From positions 194,861 to 258,860 of the forward strand of contig WELA01000881.1 in the NCBI GenBank assembly GCA_009602735.1: 64,000 bases of DNA, read 5' to 3'. The position numbers and the translations under genes are program-made. Below are positions 39,900 through 51,622 of this stretch, one piece after another. Every line of letters starts with the position of its first letter. The stretch's first letter is position 1. This DNA comes from Mesotaenium endlicherianum (taxonomy: Eukaryota). The notes under the pieces were generated by a model that was not told where the DNA came from, ran no database searches, and saw nothing but the letters and a program-made list of their open reading frames with translations.

Positions 39900-41650
39900 A
39901 GTCAGGTCTTTAATAACTGCGCATCCACAACAGCTGCTTTGAGGATATGAAATCTCTCATACTGAGTAGGGGAGGCAAATATGTAACTCTTTGATACAAG
40001 TGGTCTTTCAAAACACTTTGATTTATCGAGCTGAGAAGGACACACTTGGCTTTCGCTATACACACTTCTACAATTCAAGACTTCTGCCCAAATATCCTCT
40101 ATATTCATTCCATAGTCGCACTTTGAGTACAAGTCGTCCTCCTTCTCAACAACTTTGGCACCTGAACCTAGCAAACTGTGTTGCATCTAAGCTGCCACCC
40201 ACAACTTAAGACTCATTGAAAAATATGGCTGGAGTTCAACATGAACTTAGCAAAATCTCACAAGTCTGTTGTCTAACTAAATACTTGGCAAACAGGCTCC
40301 AAATCAAACTTCCCAAACAAGCATATATCAACTTTAACCTGTTGAATGTATGCCGTGCTAAGGTTAGGCACGCTGAAATTAAGAGTGCTTCCAGTGAGGA
40401 GGGCCTTAGCAGGGTTGGGTGCAATTTCATACTCAAAGGAAATGTGCAGTGGCGTAAGTGGACACTTGGTGTGTTCTCTTAACAGATTGAAAGAGGCAAA
40501 AAGTTGCGAGAAGTGCCAAATCTGTATTGAAGGACTTTGTATGAAGCAGAGTAAGCACTCCAAAAAAACGTCCTCCATGGTTTAAGAACTATTGAAGTCC
40601 AGCCAAAAAGGTCATAAATATTGCCCCGACGAAATTATCTAGGAGTAGTGCTTACATGAGAAATTCAGCTAGTAACTTTGTTCACTATAAATAGGGCCAA
40701 AATGAGACAGGAAATTGGGTAATGTTCACGCAATGCACCTCACGAAGAGTTCCAGGTGGAACTTTGCAGCACATGTGTATGCTTCCTCAAAAGTGGCGGC
40801 ATGTGCATTCTCCTCATGGGCATGAGAGGAGGTACTTTCACTTTTTTTGAGAGAGCAGTTCCAAGCAATGTGGCCCTTCTCATCATATTTGTAACAAACA
40901 CTGTCTGTGCAGCTCGACCCCAGATGCCCAGGCTTTCCAATTGTAGCACAACCTGTATTCACCTCCTCGGCCCCTTCCTCCTTGGTAGCCACCTCTACTG
41001 GGTGACCCTCTTCGTCCTCAACTTGTGTCAGTTTCATCTCCTCCATTTGCAGAGTTAAGTCTGTTGCTTCAAAGTCATGGCATTCACATCCATGTTGAGC
41101 AGCAATGCCTTGGTCATTTTAACTCGAGTCTCAACCCCATTAGCAGCTGAATCACTTGGTCTACTTCTTCCATCTCAGCGTCCATTGCGTGCATCTCTTG
41201 ACTCAACTTCAGCATGCGAGAGCAGTACCTCTGTATGCTCTCTCCATCCTCCATTACAAACTAATTGTACTGCCTCTCGTAGATCAACTTGTTTGATGTA
41301 CTGCACACTCTCACCAGAGGCTCCATCCCCAAGCTCTTGATAAAAGAAAGAAAGCGTGACTCTCCTTCCTCTGCCACTTTGCACGCTCCTTGCCTCTAAT
41401 CACCACGCCTGTCGTTGTTGCTCCTGCTTCCAACTCTTCCGGCAACGTCTCGGCAACGTCTCTGTCCCCAGAACAATGCCCTTCAGCTCGTACCGAGCTA
41501 GCTGCGCCATGTACATCATTGACAACACAAAGTACTCTGTACTCTTCCCATCAAAGTGCGAAATTCTCAAATCGCCTACTCCAATACCATGTTGGAAATC
41601 TTCTTCCTCCATCTCTTCTCTACTTACTGCACATGATTACTCAGATACTT
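39900..41650 (-). mobile_element. Heavily decayed Ty1/copia-like fragment
   Basis: Copia-type gag N-terminus (ISHFDGKSTEY...LKGIVLGTETLP) and two degenerate zinc knuckles (GKPGHLGSSC; CYKYDEKGHIAWNC). Downstream pol-like remnants are weak and boundaries uncertain. Confidence 0.5.
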
Positions 41651-43920
41651 CTAGTCACACAGACTTCTTCATTTCTTCTCTTAGTCACAAAGACTCGGCT
41701 GGTCACATAGACACCCCGTAAGTCACAGAGAAAAGGCCACACAAACTTCAGCATATCAAGCATAGATCTTGCTCACACAAAGCTTCGCGAATCTCTTCTC
41801 TTCTTACTCTCAAGAGTTCACCATGCAACTTCTTTTATGGTATCTATATTATCTTGGTGGCTACTCATCTACCTTCAACTCGTCGACAGTCCTACTCACA
41901 CGTAATCTACTACACTCCTACAAATGTTACAAATTGGATTAAAACCTGTGGTTCTCATATTGACAATCCACCCACGTTGAAAAAATTACAAGTCTATGCA
42001 ATGCATCAACGCACACACATGCAGGCACACCAAATCAACATAAAGCACATAGAGTGATGAGTGCCTTTCTTTATGACACATATATATTATTTTTAGTGAC
42101 GACGAGCGAGAGCACAGACAGCAATGTTTTCAACTATGGGAGCATACAAAGCAGAAGCGTCGACGAGGAAACACGCAGGTGCTCCAACCTCTCAAAGTGA
42201 ATGTTCTCGATTACAATTTGTCGGCTCGTTGCTCGTGCCGCCTCTCATTGGGCTGTAGCAAAAAAGAAGGGAAAGCTTTATTGACCTACTCAGTAACGTG
42301 TGCAAATGACCTCTCCTCATAAGTTACTATAATGTGTTATTGTTAAACTTATGCAACTTATTACTTTAGTTTGTCCGTTTTTGTTTGATGACGCTTAATT
42401 ATGTGTTAGTGCTTTGGTAGACAATAATATATGGTCTATATAGAAATGTGGGAGTTGATTGAGTCTTACGTCAACTTAGTTGACTCATGTGCTGATTTGT
42501 GTTGTGCGTAATTGACTTAGTTTGACAATGTGTTGATTCATAGGTGCTGAAGTACATAAGGTTTAAGAGTCGTTTGACTTAGTGGGTAGCCGCCACCAAG
42601 TTGGTTAAGTGGGCAAAACAATGCGTAAGTGATTGCAATCTTGGAAGTAAGAAAGAAGGGTTGCCGGAGTTCTGAGTAAGGGATGCAGACGTCCATATGA
42701 CTGGCCTTGTGCACTAATATGTTAGTGTGCGTGTGTAAGCTGTAGCAGTGTGGAAGTGATGCAGTCGAGTGTGTGAGAGGAGCTGACCATAATGTGCCTC
42801 TCAAGTGGAGTCGGTTGAGTGAGGGAGTCTTAATGACTCTTAGTGCTAGTTACTGAGACTAGTGAGCACCTGTGTGACGAGCGTCTCTGTAACGTAGTAT
42901 TGTAGTCTGTGTGACTACGGAGTGAGTATGTGTGACTCTGTTACGTACCTTGTGTGATTACAAGGGGCCAAGATCGCTGACGAGAAGTGTCTAATTGGAC
43001 ACTTGAGAGAGTGATGAAGAAAGTATTGAAAGCTTGTGAGAGAAGGGGAATAATAAAGTAAAAGCGAGACTAGAGAGGGCCGGCCCTAGAGTTGGGCGAT
43101 CGAGAGAAAGGGTCAAAGACCTAGTCATGAAATTCGTCTACGTCGCACACGTGTGAGCGGATATCCGGCTCGTACAAAACGTGAGAGTCAACCCTGCACG
43201 TTGGAATTCGGTGAAATACGTGTGTCGATACATTTTACCAGTTGCCGATTTACAAGCGTGTGGAACCGACACATTTAGGGCCGCTTTAAAAAGTTCCTCC
43301 TAATTTCGCTTCACTGACGGGTCACTCACCTCACACGCTTACATGCTGCCGGTTATATTGTCGTGGTCTTTCACACGTTGACGTCCGTCCAGTTTCAATT
43401 TTGCCGGCTCTCTCATCAATCGGCCATGGTCCCTATGCATCTTTCTCTAGGAAACAAAAAAAATATATATATTGGGCAAAAAAATGGCTTCAACTTTCAA
43501 CTTTGAAATCTTTGAATTTCCCGCGAGATGTTCTTTGATGAGTGCATGCGCTATATTATGCTCCAACTTCTTGCTTGTGCTGTTAGTGTGTTATTCCCAG
43601 CAGCGAATTAAATACGTATGTGCATTTTGTGCATTCTGTGTTGCCAATAAAGAACTTTCATCCTCTCCAATCCAATCAGATTAAGATATCAATTCGAATT
43701 TCAAATTTGTCAACCTCTTATGCCCACTACCTTACTTCGTCATGGTGTCCGTGTTCTCCAACACACTGTGTTTCTTAGGGGCAATAGAACACTGTGGGAA
43801 GAGCACTATAAGTTCTTGCAGCAGCAAGGCATCTCCATTACACCAGCCACATGTTTCTCTCTGAGAGTTTGTTCTTCACCCACCGTGACAATGACAACAT
43901 TTCTTCCGAATCCAAAGAGG

Positions 43921-45228
43921 ATGACTGCCACCTCTTCCCCAGATTGTCAGCACAAGGCAAGTGGAAAAGGGAAGCAAAAGGTTGATAAGATCTTAACTTC
44001 CAAACATGAGCTTGTGGACAAGGTAGACAAGGAGAACTTTGCTGACCAAATCGAGAACAACTGCATATACTGCGGGCGCAAGAATATTGGAGGTGTATTT
44101 TGAATTTGCTACCACTTGGGCTGTACTCCAGGTTAAGGGATTTCAGGATGTATAAAGGTACCTGGTGCTGTTCAAGCCTGTTTTGGTGCCCGTTGCAAGA
44201 AAGATGATCGGTGTAAGGTATTCAAAGTACCTTGGTCCAAGCTGAAACTCTTGCAAAAGCGTGCTTGGCACATTAAGACTATGGATGCTATGGCTCTGGA
44301 GAAGAAGATGTTGAGGAAAGGCACTCTTAGTGCTTCCCTCTCAATTGGAGGTTTAAGATAATGTTCTAGAAGGCAGCCTGAACTAACTGAAGCCTTTTTG
44401 TGACATGGCTCATCAGGCCATTGCAAACTGGCTCTTTGCTAATGGTATATCTTTCAATGCTGCAAAGTAGCTTACGATATGATGGTAGACTCTCTATCGT
44501 CAGAGCTGGTCTTGGTTACTTGGGATCGAAAGTGCACCACTTGAGGACGAAGCTATTTAATAATGAGGGGGCCTGCACTGATATTGACCTTTGACATTTC
44601 ATGGAGAGGCTCAAGGTAACAATTTGTACAATCCGCTCCAACGGCTGGAGTGACATTACCAACCGTCCTATCATCAACTTCATGGCTGTCACCCCTATGG
44701 GGGTGAAGATGGTCAAAGTGTTCATTTGCGATAGTAAGTTCAAGAGAAGGAAGTTCATAGCAGACTGCTTTGAAGAAGTGATTAGGGACATTAGAACAGA
44801 CAATGTCCTCATGATCTTCACGGATTCCGCCAAATCTTGCATTAATGCAGATAAGTCTTACCGCTGCCCCACCTTTACATTATGTCATATTTGCAGCTTT
44901 TATGTCTCACATTTTGAATCTTCCATTGTTACAATGATACGCACTTTCTTAAGCCTATTCACAAAAGGTATGTGCAGGTTCGATAATTGAGGAGAAGTAT
45001 CCCAACATCACATGGACAACCTGTACTGCACAAGGGCTGGATCTTATGCTGAAGATGATCGTGAAGGTTGAATGGATTGAGAGATTTGTGGAGAAAGGTC
45101 AGGGACTTGCATTGTACATAAGAAATTATCAGAAGGCTTTTTCGCTGTATCGTGAAGAAGGTGTACTAGAGGTGAAACTAACAAATGCGACGAGGTTCCT
45201 CACTGCCTTCATCCTCTTCGAGCATCTG
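43921..45228 (+). pseudogene. hAT transposase relic (BED finger and DUF659), 3'-truncated
   Basis: CIYCGRKNIGGVF*ICYHLG...GISGC (BED-like); SNGWSDITNRPIINFM, VLMIFTDSAKSC, YPNITWTTCTAQGLDLML, ATRFLT. Probable intron 44851-44977 with donor decayed to ATAAGT. Confidence 0.85.
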
Positions 45229-45312
45229 CCACAAGAAGGATTTACACAAGGAGGAGCACCATCAGATCCCGTGGCAGCCGTTGTGGCAAAGTTGAACCCA
45301 CCACAAGGAGTT

Positions 45313-46057
45313 TGTAATGAATCAGTATATTAGTAGATATAATATTCAGTTAAATATAATAGTTAATTTAGTTCAGCCTGCTGGACTTTAGTTAGTAGTC
45401 AGTCTGCTGAACTTTAGTTAGTAATCAGTGTGCTGGACTTTACATAATTATCAGTTTAATGACTCGGCCAAAAGCAGCAGGCTGAAGTCAACTTAAGTCA
45501 GCTTGCTGACACATTCTTTGACAGCCAGCTGACTTCCGTGCTCGGTAGCAGCGAACTGCCTTGATATGCATCTAAGTACCACCTGCTAGATGAATGGCCA
45601 GATGACATCCCCATGATGGATGGCTATTCGGGATGATGGGAGATGGCGGTGGATTTGGTTAACCGAGGTCCTACCAACGTGGTTAACTCCCGGGTAGGCG
45701 GTGCCATCGCACTGACCGTTGAACAGTAAACTCATTCCATGTACATATGCTAGGCATTGCTCTCGAGTTCGGCATTCGGAAACGAGGCCAACTCTCTTGT
45801 ACAGCTTACTGAGAGAGATCTGAATCCAAGGCGAGAAGCCATTGATACGCACTGTCTTCTAACCTTGCTTATGTATGAGTTTACTGATTTGCATCATTGA
45901 TGCTAGTTTACTCGCATTTGACTTACGAGTATTATTCCCTGCTAGTGTATTGTCCTTTGCCGTTTAACTAGTTAACGGAAATACCATAAAGATTACTTGC
46001 TGATATAAAGATCTTTATTAATTGTTAATCGCCTATTTGGTAAGTCGATTCATTTCA
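45313..46057 (+). repeat. 5' LTR of copy A (745 bp)
   Basis: TGTAATGAATC...GATTCATTTCA with imperfect inverted termini; three ~25-bp tandem units near the 5' end. Confidence 0.97.
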
Positions 46058-46058
46058 G

Positions 46059-46070
46059 TGGTATCGGAGC
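46059..46070 (+). promoter_or_regulatory. Primer binding site, initiator tRNA-Met type
   Basis: TGGTATCGGAGC 1 nt after the LTR; differs from canonical TGGTATCAGAGC at one position compatible with a G:U pair. Confidence 0.9.
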
Positions 46071-46091
46071 AGTTATCACAGTCTTCTTTGT

Positions 46092-47570
46092 ATGGTAAGG
46101 ACAAGGTCTCAAACTAGCAACTCCCGAGACATGGAGAACCAGGATAACGAGAATGTCGAAAACCAGGCGGAAAGCCATGTAGCGGGAAACCGTACCTATT
46201 CGGAAGCAGTAGCGGATACTGCAGCTAGGGAGGCTGCAGATGAGGCAGCTGCTATTGCCTCAGTCGCAGCTCAGCAAGCTGAGGAGGAGATAGCCAGACT
46301 AGAAGCTGAACAAGTAGCAAAGGCCGCTGAAGATATACAAAGGAGGGAAGGACAGCCAGCTGACGAGCGCACTGTTGAAGAACTTATGGCATCAAGGGCC
46401 AATGTTCTGAACCCACCTCCTGCCGTACAACTCAATGTACCCCTAGGTCAAATACGTGACCGGCTGAATGCGGCAGGAATTGCTGCTGCAGGAGCAAGAG
46501 GGATTGTTGAGGACACTACTCAGCGAGTAGATGCCAATGCTGCTGCTGCATTTGCTAATCTACCACCCCAAAATGTAGACTTGGGAGCATTGTTCGTTCA
46601 GATGCAGTCGCAAATGGCGACCATGTATCAGTCCCAGCAGGAGGACAAAAGAATCATAATGTCCCTACTCCGGGACAGAGACCAACTGGGGTCTCACACC
46701 ACTAGTGGTGGTGGCCGAGGGCCTAGTAAGCCCAAGCCGAAACCTCCCCAGGACTATGATCCTGAGGGAAACAGAAAATATTACCTGATCAAGTTTCTCG
46801 CGGATGTTGAGCAGTGGCTGGAGAACTACCCAGAACTGCAAGATTACGAGAAGGTCAGGCACACCGGTGCGCTACTGAAAGGCAGTGCCGCAGACTGGTG
46901 GCTTTACTGGAAGGAAGAGCGTAAGGCTCGGCAACTCGGTGACCCTACGTGGGTAGAGTTTGTCGAGAAGTTGCATGAGAAGTTTGATGTCATCAACCAG
47001 CAGGAGAAAGCTATCTATGCGATGATCTCCCTGACACTGAAGCAGACCACTTCAGTTGCTGAGTTTGCTCAAAAGTTCCAAGAGAACATGATGAAGCAGC
47101 CTGATTTGCCAGAACGGTATAGGATAGCATACTTCAGGTATGGCTTGAAATCCGAGGTCTCTGGTCATTTTGCTGAGAAAAAGTATGAGAAACTGGCTGA
47201 CTTGATCCAGGATGCTGACGCCTGGGATCAGCAGCAGTTCAATCACAAGCGCCAGAGTAACGCTTTGGTGTCTAAGATTGTCAAAAAGCCCCACGGTTCC
47301 TACAATGCAGTTGAAGGAGACCAGGCTGAGGATAATCAGGGTGATGAATATGAGTATGAGTACAATGCTATTCAGTCTAGAGGTAGAGGTGGTCCCTCTC
47401 GAGGTGGCTATGGAAGGGGTGGTGGTAGGACTAAGCCGAGACCAGCCTCAGCAAAATCTACTTGCTACCATTGTCAGCAGAAAGGCCACTACAGAGAACA
47501 GTGTCCGGTCAAGCACCTGCCTAAGGTCGAGAGAAAAGACCAGCCTTTAAAAGACAGCAACAGTCAGTAA
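46092..47570 (+). CDS. gag: Gag, 492 aa
   Basis: [43 protein letters not shown]-rich stretch, [14 protein letters not shown] zinc knuckle. Confidence 0.95.
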   Translation: MVRTRSQTSNSRDMENQDNENVENQAESHVAGNRTYSEAVADTAAREAADEAAAIASVAAQQAEEEIARLEAEQVAKAAEDIQRREGQPADERTVEELMASRANVLNPPPAVQLNVPLGQIRDRLNAAGIAAAGARGIVEDTTQRVDANAAAAFANLPPQNVDLGALFVQMQSQMATMYQSQQEDKRIIMSLLRDRDQLGSHTTSGGGRGPSKPKPKPPQDYDPEGNRKYYLIKFLADVEQWLENYPELQDYEKVRHTGALLKGSAADWWLYWKEERKARQLGDPTWVEFVEKLHEKFDVINQQEKAIYAMISLTLKQTTSVAEFAQKFQENMMKQPDLPERYRIAYFRYGLKSEVSGHFAEKKYEKLADLIQDADAWDQQQFNHKRQSNALVSKIVKKPHGSYNAVEGDQAEDNQGDEYEYEYNAIQSRGRGGPSRGGYGRGGGRTKPRPASAKSTCYHCQQKGHYREQCPVKHLPKVERKDQPLKDSNSQ

Positions 47571-47660
47571 TCCAGTCTACTGACTGTGAGGATGCTAGAG
47601 ATAGTGAGTCGTCACTAGCTGCCCTCGTAGCAGGTATTATGGGTCCTGCTGAACTGGATT
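47546..47660 (+). promoter_or_regulatory. Predicted -1 programmed ribosomal frameshift signal
   Basis: T TTA AAA (47546-47552) in gag frame; 7-nt spacer; perfect 10-bp stem 47560-47569/47578-47587; loop complementary to 47653-47659. Confidence 0.8.
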
Positions 47661-50600
47661 CACTATGCATGCCTGACAACCAGATAAAGGAGACCATCAG
47701 CAATATAGACGTCCAGAGAGTGCACACTCTGGATGCTCTTGTTCCACCTGATGTCCAACATTTCTTTGCTACGTCAGGAGAACAATGCGAAAGTCAGGAA
47801 AAGACAGTCCCCCCTATCCTACTGCATTGCATGATTGCAGGTAGGAAGGTGAGGGCATTTGTTGACGGAGGGGCGTCACATACTTTTATCCACAAGGACT
47901 TAGTTAAGCGGCTAAGGCTGCCTACTGTCACCCAAGGGAATAGAAAAATATTCCTTGGAGATGCCTCAAGTATCCCGGGAGGAGTTATAACCAAGCCTAT
48001 TGAGGTCCAGTTAGGTTCTGGCATTGCAGTTCTAACTGAAACGCTTACATTTGAGGTACTCAACACTGGCTTTTATGATCTCGTGCTAGGCAGGTCCTGG
48101 CTTAATAGACATCAAGCTGAAGTGTGTTGGAGCAGAGGTACAGTTAAAGTGAGAGGAGCCAGTGATGGGCAGACTGACTTGGCACCCACCAGTGCTCTTC
48201 CTCTTGTCCTGTGTGGATGGCAAATGAAGGAAAAGAAGAGGCTTCCAGAAGGATGCAAGTTGCTGAATGCAATGGAGTTCGTCAAAAGCTGGAACCAGAA
48301 GGAAGACAGAATGTTCTGTCTGCTGCTAAGAGAGGTACCTCCTCAACCTGAAGAAGTGGTTGAGAAAAAGGTACACCCTCCGGAACACCCTACTGCTGCA
48401 AACATTGTTGCTCAGTACACGGATGTGTTTAATATGCCTCCAGGACTACCCCCTAAGCGGGAAGTAGATCATAGGATTGATTTATTACCTGGTAGCCAGC
48501 CACCCTGGCAACGCACGTATGGCTTGTCTTATTTGGAGAGTGAGGAGTTGAAAACACAGATTGCAGAGCTGGAGGAAAATGGTTACATTTCTCCCAGTAA
48601 ATCACCGTACGGCGCACCTATCCTATTTGTTAAGAAAAAGGATGGCAGTATGCGGATGTGTGTGGATTACAGAGCCCTGAACAGAATTACAGTAAAGAAC
48701 AAGTATGCTTTACCCAGAATCGAGGACTTGCTTGATACCCTGTCTGGCGCTAAGGTGTTCAGTAAGATAGATCTCAAGAGTGGTTATCATCAAATCAGAA
48801 TTGCTGAGGGGGATGAACACAAGACTGCTTTCCGCACACGTTATGGACACTATGAGTTCAACGTGATGCCATTTGGACTGACTAATGCTCCTGCTACCTT
48901 TATGGGTGCTATGAATGACATTTTCAGACCTTATTTGGATAAGTTTGTGCAAGTTTTCCTGGATGATATTTTAATTTTCTCTAAAGATGAAGCTCAGCAC
49001 ACTGAACACTTAAAGAAAGTGCTGGACACTCTGCGGAAAAATCACTTGTATGCTAAAATGAGCAAGTGTGATTTCTTTAAGGAAAGTATTGAATTCTTAG
49101 GCCACGTTGTCAGTAAAGAGGGCATCAGTGTGGATCCTAAGAAAGTCCAGACCATAAGGGACTGGCCAGTACCACAGTCTGTCTCTGAAGTTAGATCCTT
49201 CCTCGGGTTGGCTAACTACTATAGGAGATTTATTGAGAATTATTCCACAAAGGCCAGTAAACTGACTGACCTTACTAAGAAAGACATCGGGTATGTGTGG
49301 GGGGAAGAGCAGCAGGCTGCCTTCCAGACCCTTAAAGATGCCCTTTGTTCTGCCCCAGTGCTAGCCGTGTATGACCCCAGCAAACCGGTGCAGGTGGTTA
49401 CTGATGCCTCTGATTTTGCCATGGGTGCTATTTTGTTGCAGCCTGCTGACAAAACCACAAAGGATGGTAAGGTACGGCAGGAGTGGCATCCTGTGTTGTA
49501 TGAGTCTATGAAATTTAATCCAGCGGAGATTAATTACTCAGTGCATGATAAAGAGCTGCTAGCTATCATTCATGTACTCAAACAGTGGAGAGCATACTTA
49601 CATGGTAAAGCTTTTAAGGTGATTACAGATCATCTAGCTCTGACCCACTTTCAGAAGAAGTCCAAGCTGTCGAGGAGGGAGAACCGCTGGAGCCAGATGC
49701 TGGAGCAGTTCCAAGTCCAGATCGACTACAAACCAGGGAAGTTGAATCCTGCTGATGCACTCTCTAGAAGACCTGACTTGCAAGAAAGGAACTTTAGTCA
49801 GCATGCTGTAGATAAAGTCCTGTGTGCACTCACTTCACTAAAGGTGAAAAAGTCCTTCCTTGAACAACTTAGGAAAGCCTACCTTTCTGACCCAACATTT
49901 GAGCCCAGCCCCACTACTGGTGTGTGTCGTGCTACTGCACTCGGGTATAAGCTCAAGGGAGGGGTCTGGGTGACTGAAACCACTTCAGGCAGGCTGAAGC
50001 TGGTCATTCCTAATAATTTGGAAATAAGGTCTCTCTTACTGAGTCAAGCTCATGACAGTCTCCTGGGTGGACATTTGGGGCAGGCCAAAACTGTTGGCAA
50101 ACTGGCAAAACATTATCATTGGGAGGGGTTACCCCGGGAGGTCTTGAAATATGTCAAGTCCTGTGACCAGTGTCAGAGAAATAAGTCTCGGCACACACCA
50201 CCCGGAGGTCTCTTGCAACCGCTACCCATCCCAGCGGGACGCTGGGAAACTATATCCATGGACTGGGTGGTCTCACTACCAAGAACTGCCAACGGGCATG
50301 ATTCAATACTGGTAGTCGTGGATAAACTGACAAAAATGGTCATTTTTATCCCCACAACTGTCAAAGTGACTGCACTCGAAACAGCGAGACAGTTTTACAA
50401 CCATGTAGTATGCCAACATGGGCTCCCTTCTAATATCATCTCAGACAGAGACTCAAAATTCACCTCTAAGTTCTGGAGAGCTTTAATGGGGTTAATGGGA
50501 GTCAAACAGCTGCTCAGCACAGCAAACCACCCTCAGACTGATGGGCAGACTGAAAGAACTAACCGAGTTCTGCAGGAGGTGCTGAGAGCATATATTAACC

Positions 50601-51355
50601 AAAAACAAGATAATTGGGATGACCTGTTGCCTCAAATTCAGTTTGCGGTCAACAGTGCGGTGCACGCGTCAACGGGCAAAACTCCTTTTGAACTCAGCCT
50701 GGGTAGAGTCCCTAAGTCTCCTCTAGATGTGCTAGGGGAATCTTTAACTCACCCTGAAGGGATTGACAACCCGGTCTCCCTCCAGTTAACTCAGGAGTTT
50801 GCTGACACCCTGTCAGAAGTCCAACGAAACTTGCACACGGCCCAAGAAAACCAACAAAAATACGCTAATCAACACCGTCGGGAACTGACATTTTCCAAGG
50901 GGGATTTAGTCAAACTGCATTCTCAGCACCTGTACCTCCCTGGTGTGGTCAAGAAAAAGCTTGGCCCTGTCTGGGTCGGTCCATATTCGGTGGTCCGTCG
51001 TGTCGGTCAGAATGCTTACAAACTGAACATGTCAGCTGAATACAAGGGGCACCCGGTCTTTAATGTCTCCTTCCTGGAACCGTACATCAAAGGTGATACA
51101 CTGTTCACAGGTCGGTTCCCTGTCCAACCGGGACCGGTCCCCGCTGTCCGGGACGGCGACCCTGAGGAATATGAGGTCGATGAGATTTTAGACGCTCGCT
51201 CGGTCCGTCGATCGTCTAAATATGTCATGAAATACCTCATTCGATGGAAGGGTTACGATGCCTCTGGGGACACTTGGGAGTTTAAGGACCACTTGACCAA
51301 TGCCAAAGGGGCGTTGACACGGTTCCACCTTCGGGCCGCTGGAGTCCCTCCATAA
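47639..51355 (+). CDS. pol: Pol (PR-RT-RH-IN-chromodomain); frame open from 47525, probably expressed as a Gag-Pol fusion
   Basis: FVDGGAS protease; MPFGLTNAP and FLDD RT; TDASD RNase H; HHCC zinc finger and D,D-35-E integrase; [11 protein letters not shown]...[16 protein letters not shown] chromodomain. Confidence 0.97.
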   Translation: MGPAELDSLCMPDNQIKETISNIDVQRVHTLDALVPPDVQHFFATSGEQCESQEKTVPPILLHCMIAGRKVRAFVDGGASHTFIHKDLVKRLRLPTVTQGNRKIFLGDASSIPGGVITKPIEVQLGSGIAVLTETLTFEVLNTGFYDLVLGRSWLNRHQAEVCWSRGTVKVRGASDGQTDLAPTSALPLVLCGWQMKEKKRLPEGCKLLNAMEFVKSWNQKEDRMFCLLLREVPPQPEEVVEKKVHPPEHPTAANIVAQYTDVFNMPPGLPPKREVDHRIDLLPGSQPPWQRTYGLSYLESEELKTQIAELEENGYISPSKSPYGAPILFVKKKDGSMRMCVDYRALNRITVKNKYALPRIEDLLDTLSGAKVFSKIDLKSGYHQIRIAEGDEHKTAFRTRYGHYEFNVMPFGLTNAPATFMGAMNDIFRPYLDKFVQVFLDDILIFSKDEAQHTEHLKKVLDTLRKNHLYAKMSKCDFFKESIEFLGHVVSKEGISVDPKKVQTIRDWPVPQSVSEVRSFLGLANYYRRFIENYSTKASKLTDLTKKDIGYVWGEEQQAAFQTLKDALCSAPVLAVYDPSKPVQVVTDASDFAMGAILLQPADKTTKDGKVRQEWHPVLYESMKFNPAEINYSVHDKELLAIIHVLKQWRAYLHGKAFKVITDHLALTHFQKKSKLSRRENRWSQMLEQFQVQIDYKPGKLNPADALSRRPDLQERNFSQHAVDKVLCALTSLKVKKSFLEQLRKAYLSDPTFEPSPTTGVCRATALGYKLKGGVWVTETTSGRLKLVIPNNLEIRSLLLSQAHDSLLGGHLGQAKTVGKLAKHYHWEGLPREVLKYVKSCDQCQRNKSRHTPPGGLLQPLPIPAGRWETISMDWVVSLPRTANGHDSILVVVDKLTKMVIFIPTTVKVTALETARQFYNHVVCQHGLPSNIISDRDSKFTSKFWRALMGLMGVKQLLSTANHPQTDGQTERTNRVLQEVLRAYINQKQDNWDDLLPQIQFAVNSAVHASTGKTPFELSLGRVPKSPLDVLGESLTHPEGIDNPVSLQLTQEFADTLSEVQRNLHTAQENQQKYANQHRRELTFSKGDLVKLHSQHLYLPGVVKKKLGPVWVGPYSVVRRVGQNAYKLNMSAEYKGHPVFNVSFLEPYIKGDTLFTGRFPVQPGPVPAVRDGDPEEYEVDEILDARSVRRSSKYVMKYLIRWKGYDASGDTWEFKDHLTNAKGALTRFHLRAAGVPP

Positions 51356-51622
51356 CTGTCATTTCAGTTGACACGGGAAGGTGACAGGCGGTCCTGTCTC
51401 CATTTAAGTTGGAGGGGAAAATATATGACAGTTAGTGAGCGAGAGCGATAAAAACACACTCATACGTTTATGTGTAGCGCATCGCAACTACGTCAACTTT
51501 TAGCAATCATCCTGTAAGGTAAACAGCAGCGAAGCCACTATACTAAATACTAACATACTTCCTGCAATCCCTATGACAAAGGTCCATATCCTACTAACTT
51601 GTGCCCTGGTTACATGTGCAGG

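Noticed and set aside
45046..45333. In-frame hAT transposase-Gag fusion as a chimeric gene
   Set aside because: Both partners carry stops or frameshifts, and an in-frame deletion junction arises by chance one time in three.
45586..45852. 88-aa antisense ORF present four times (also 53686, 55164, 63239)
   Set aside because: It recurs only because it lies in the LTR; older LTR copies shift frame within it, and it has no recognisable motif.
46092..46100. ATG|GTAAGG at the gag start as the donor supplying the ORF3 start codon
   Set aside because: Joining it to the 51622 acceptor gives ATG GAT GGC..., which is out of frame with ORF3 and closes at 51819.
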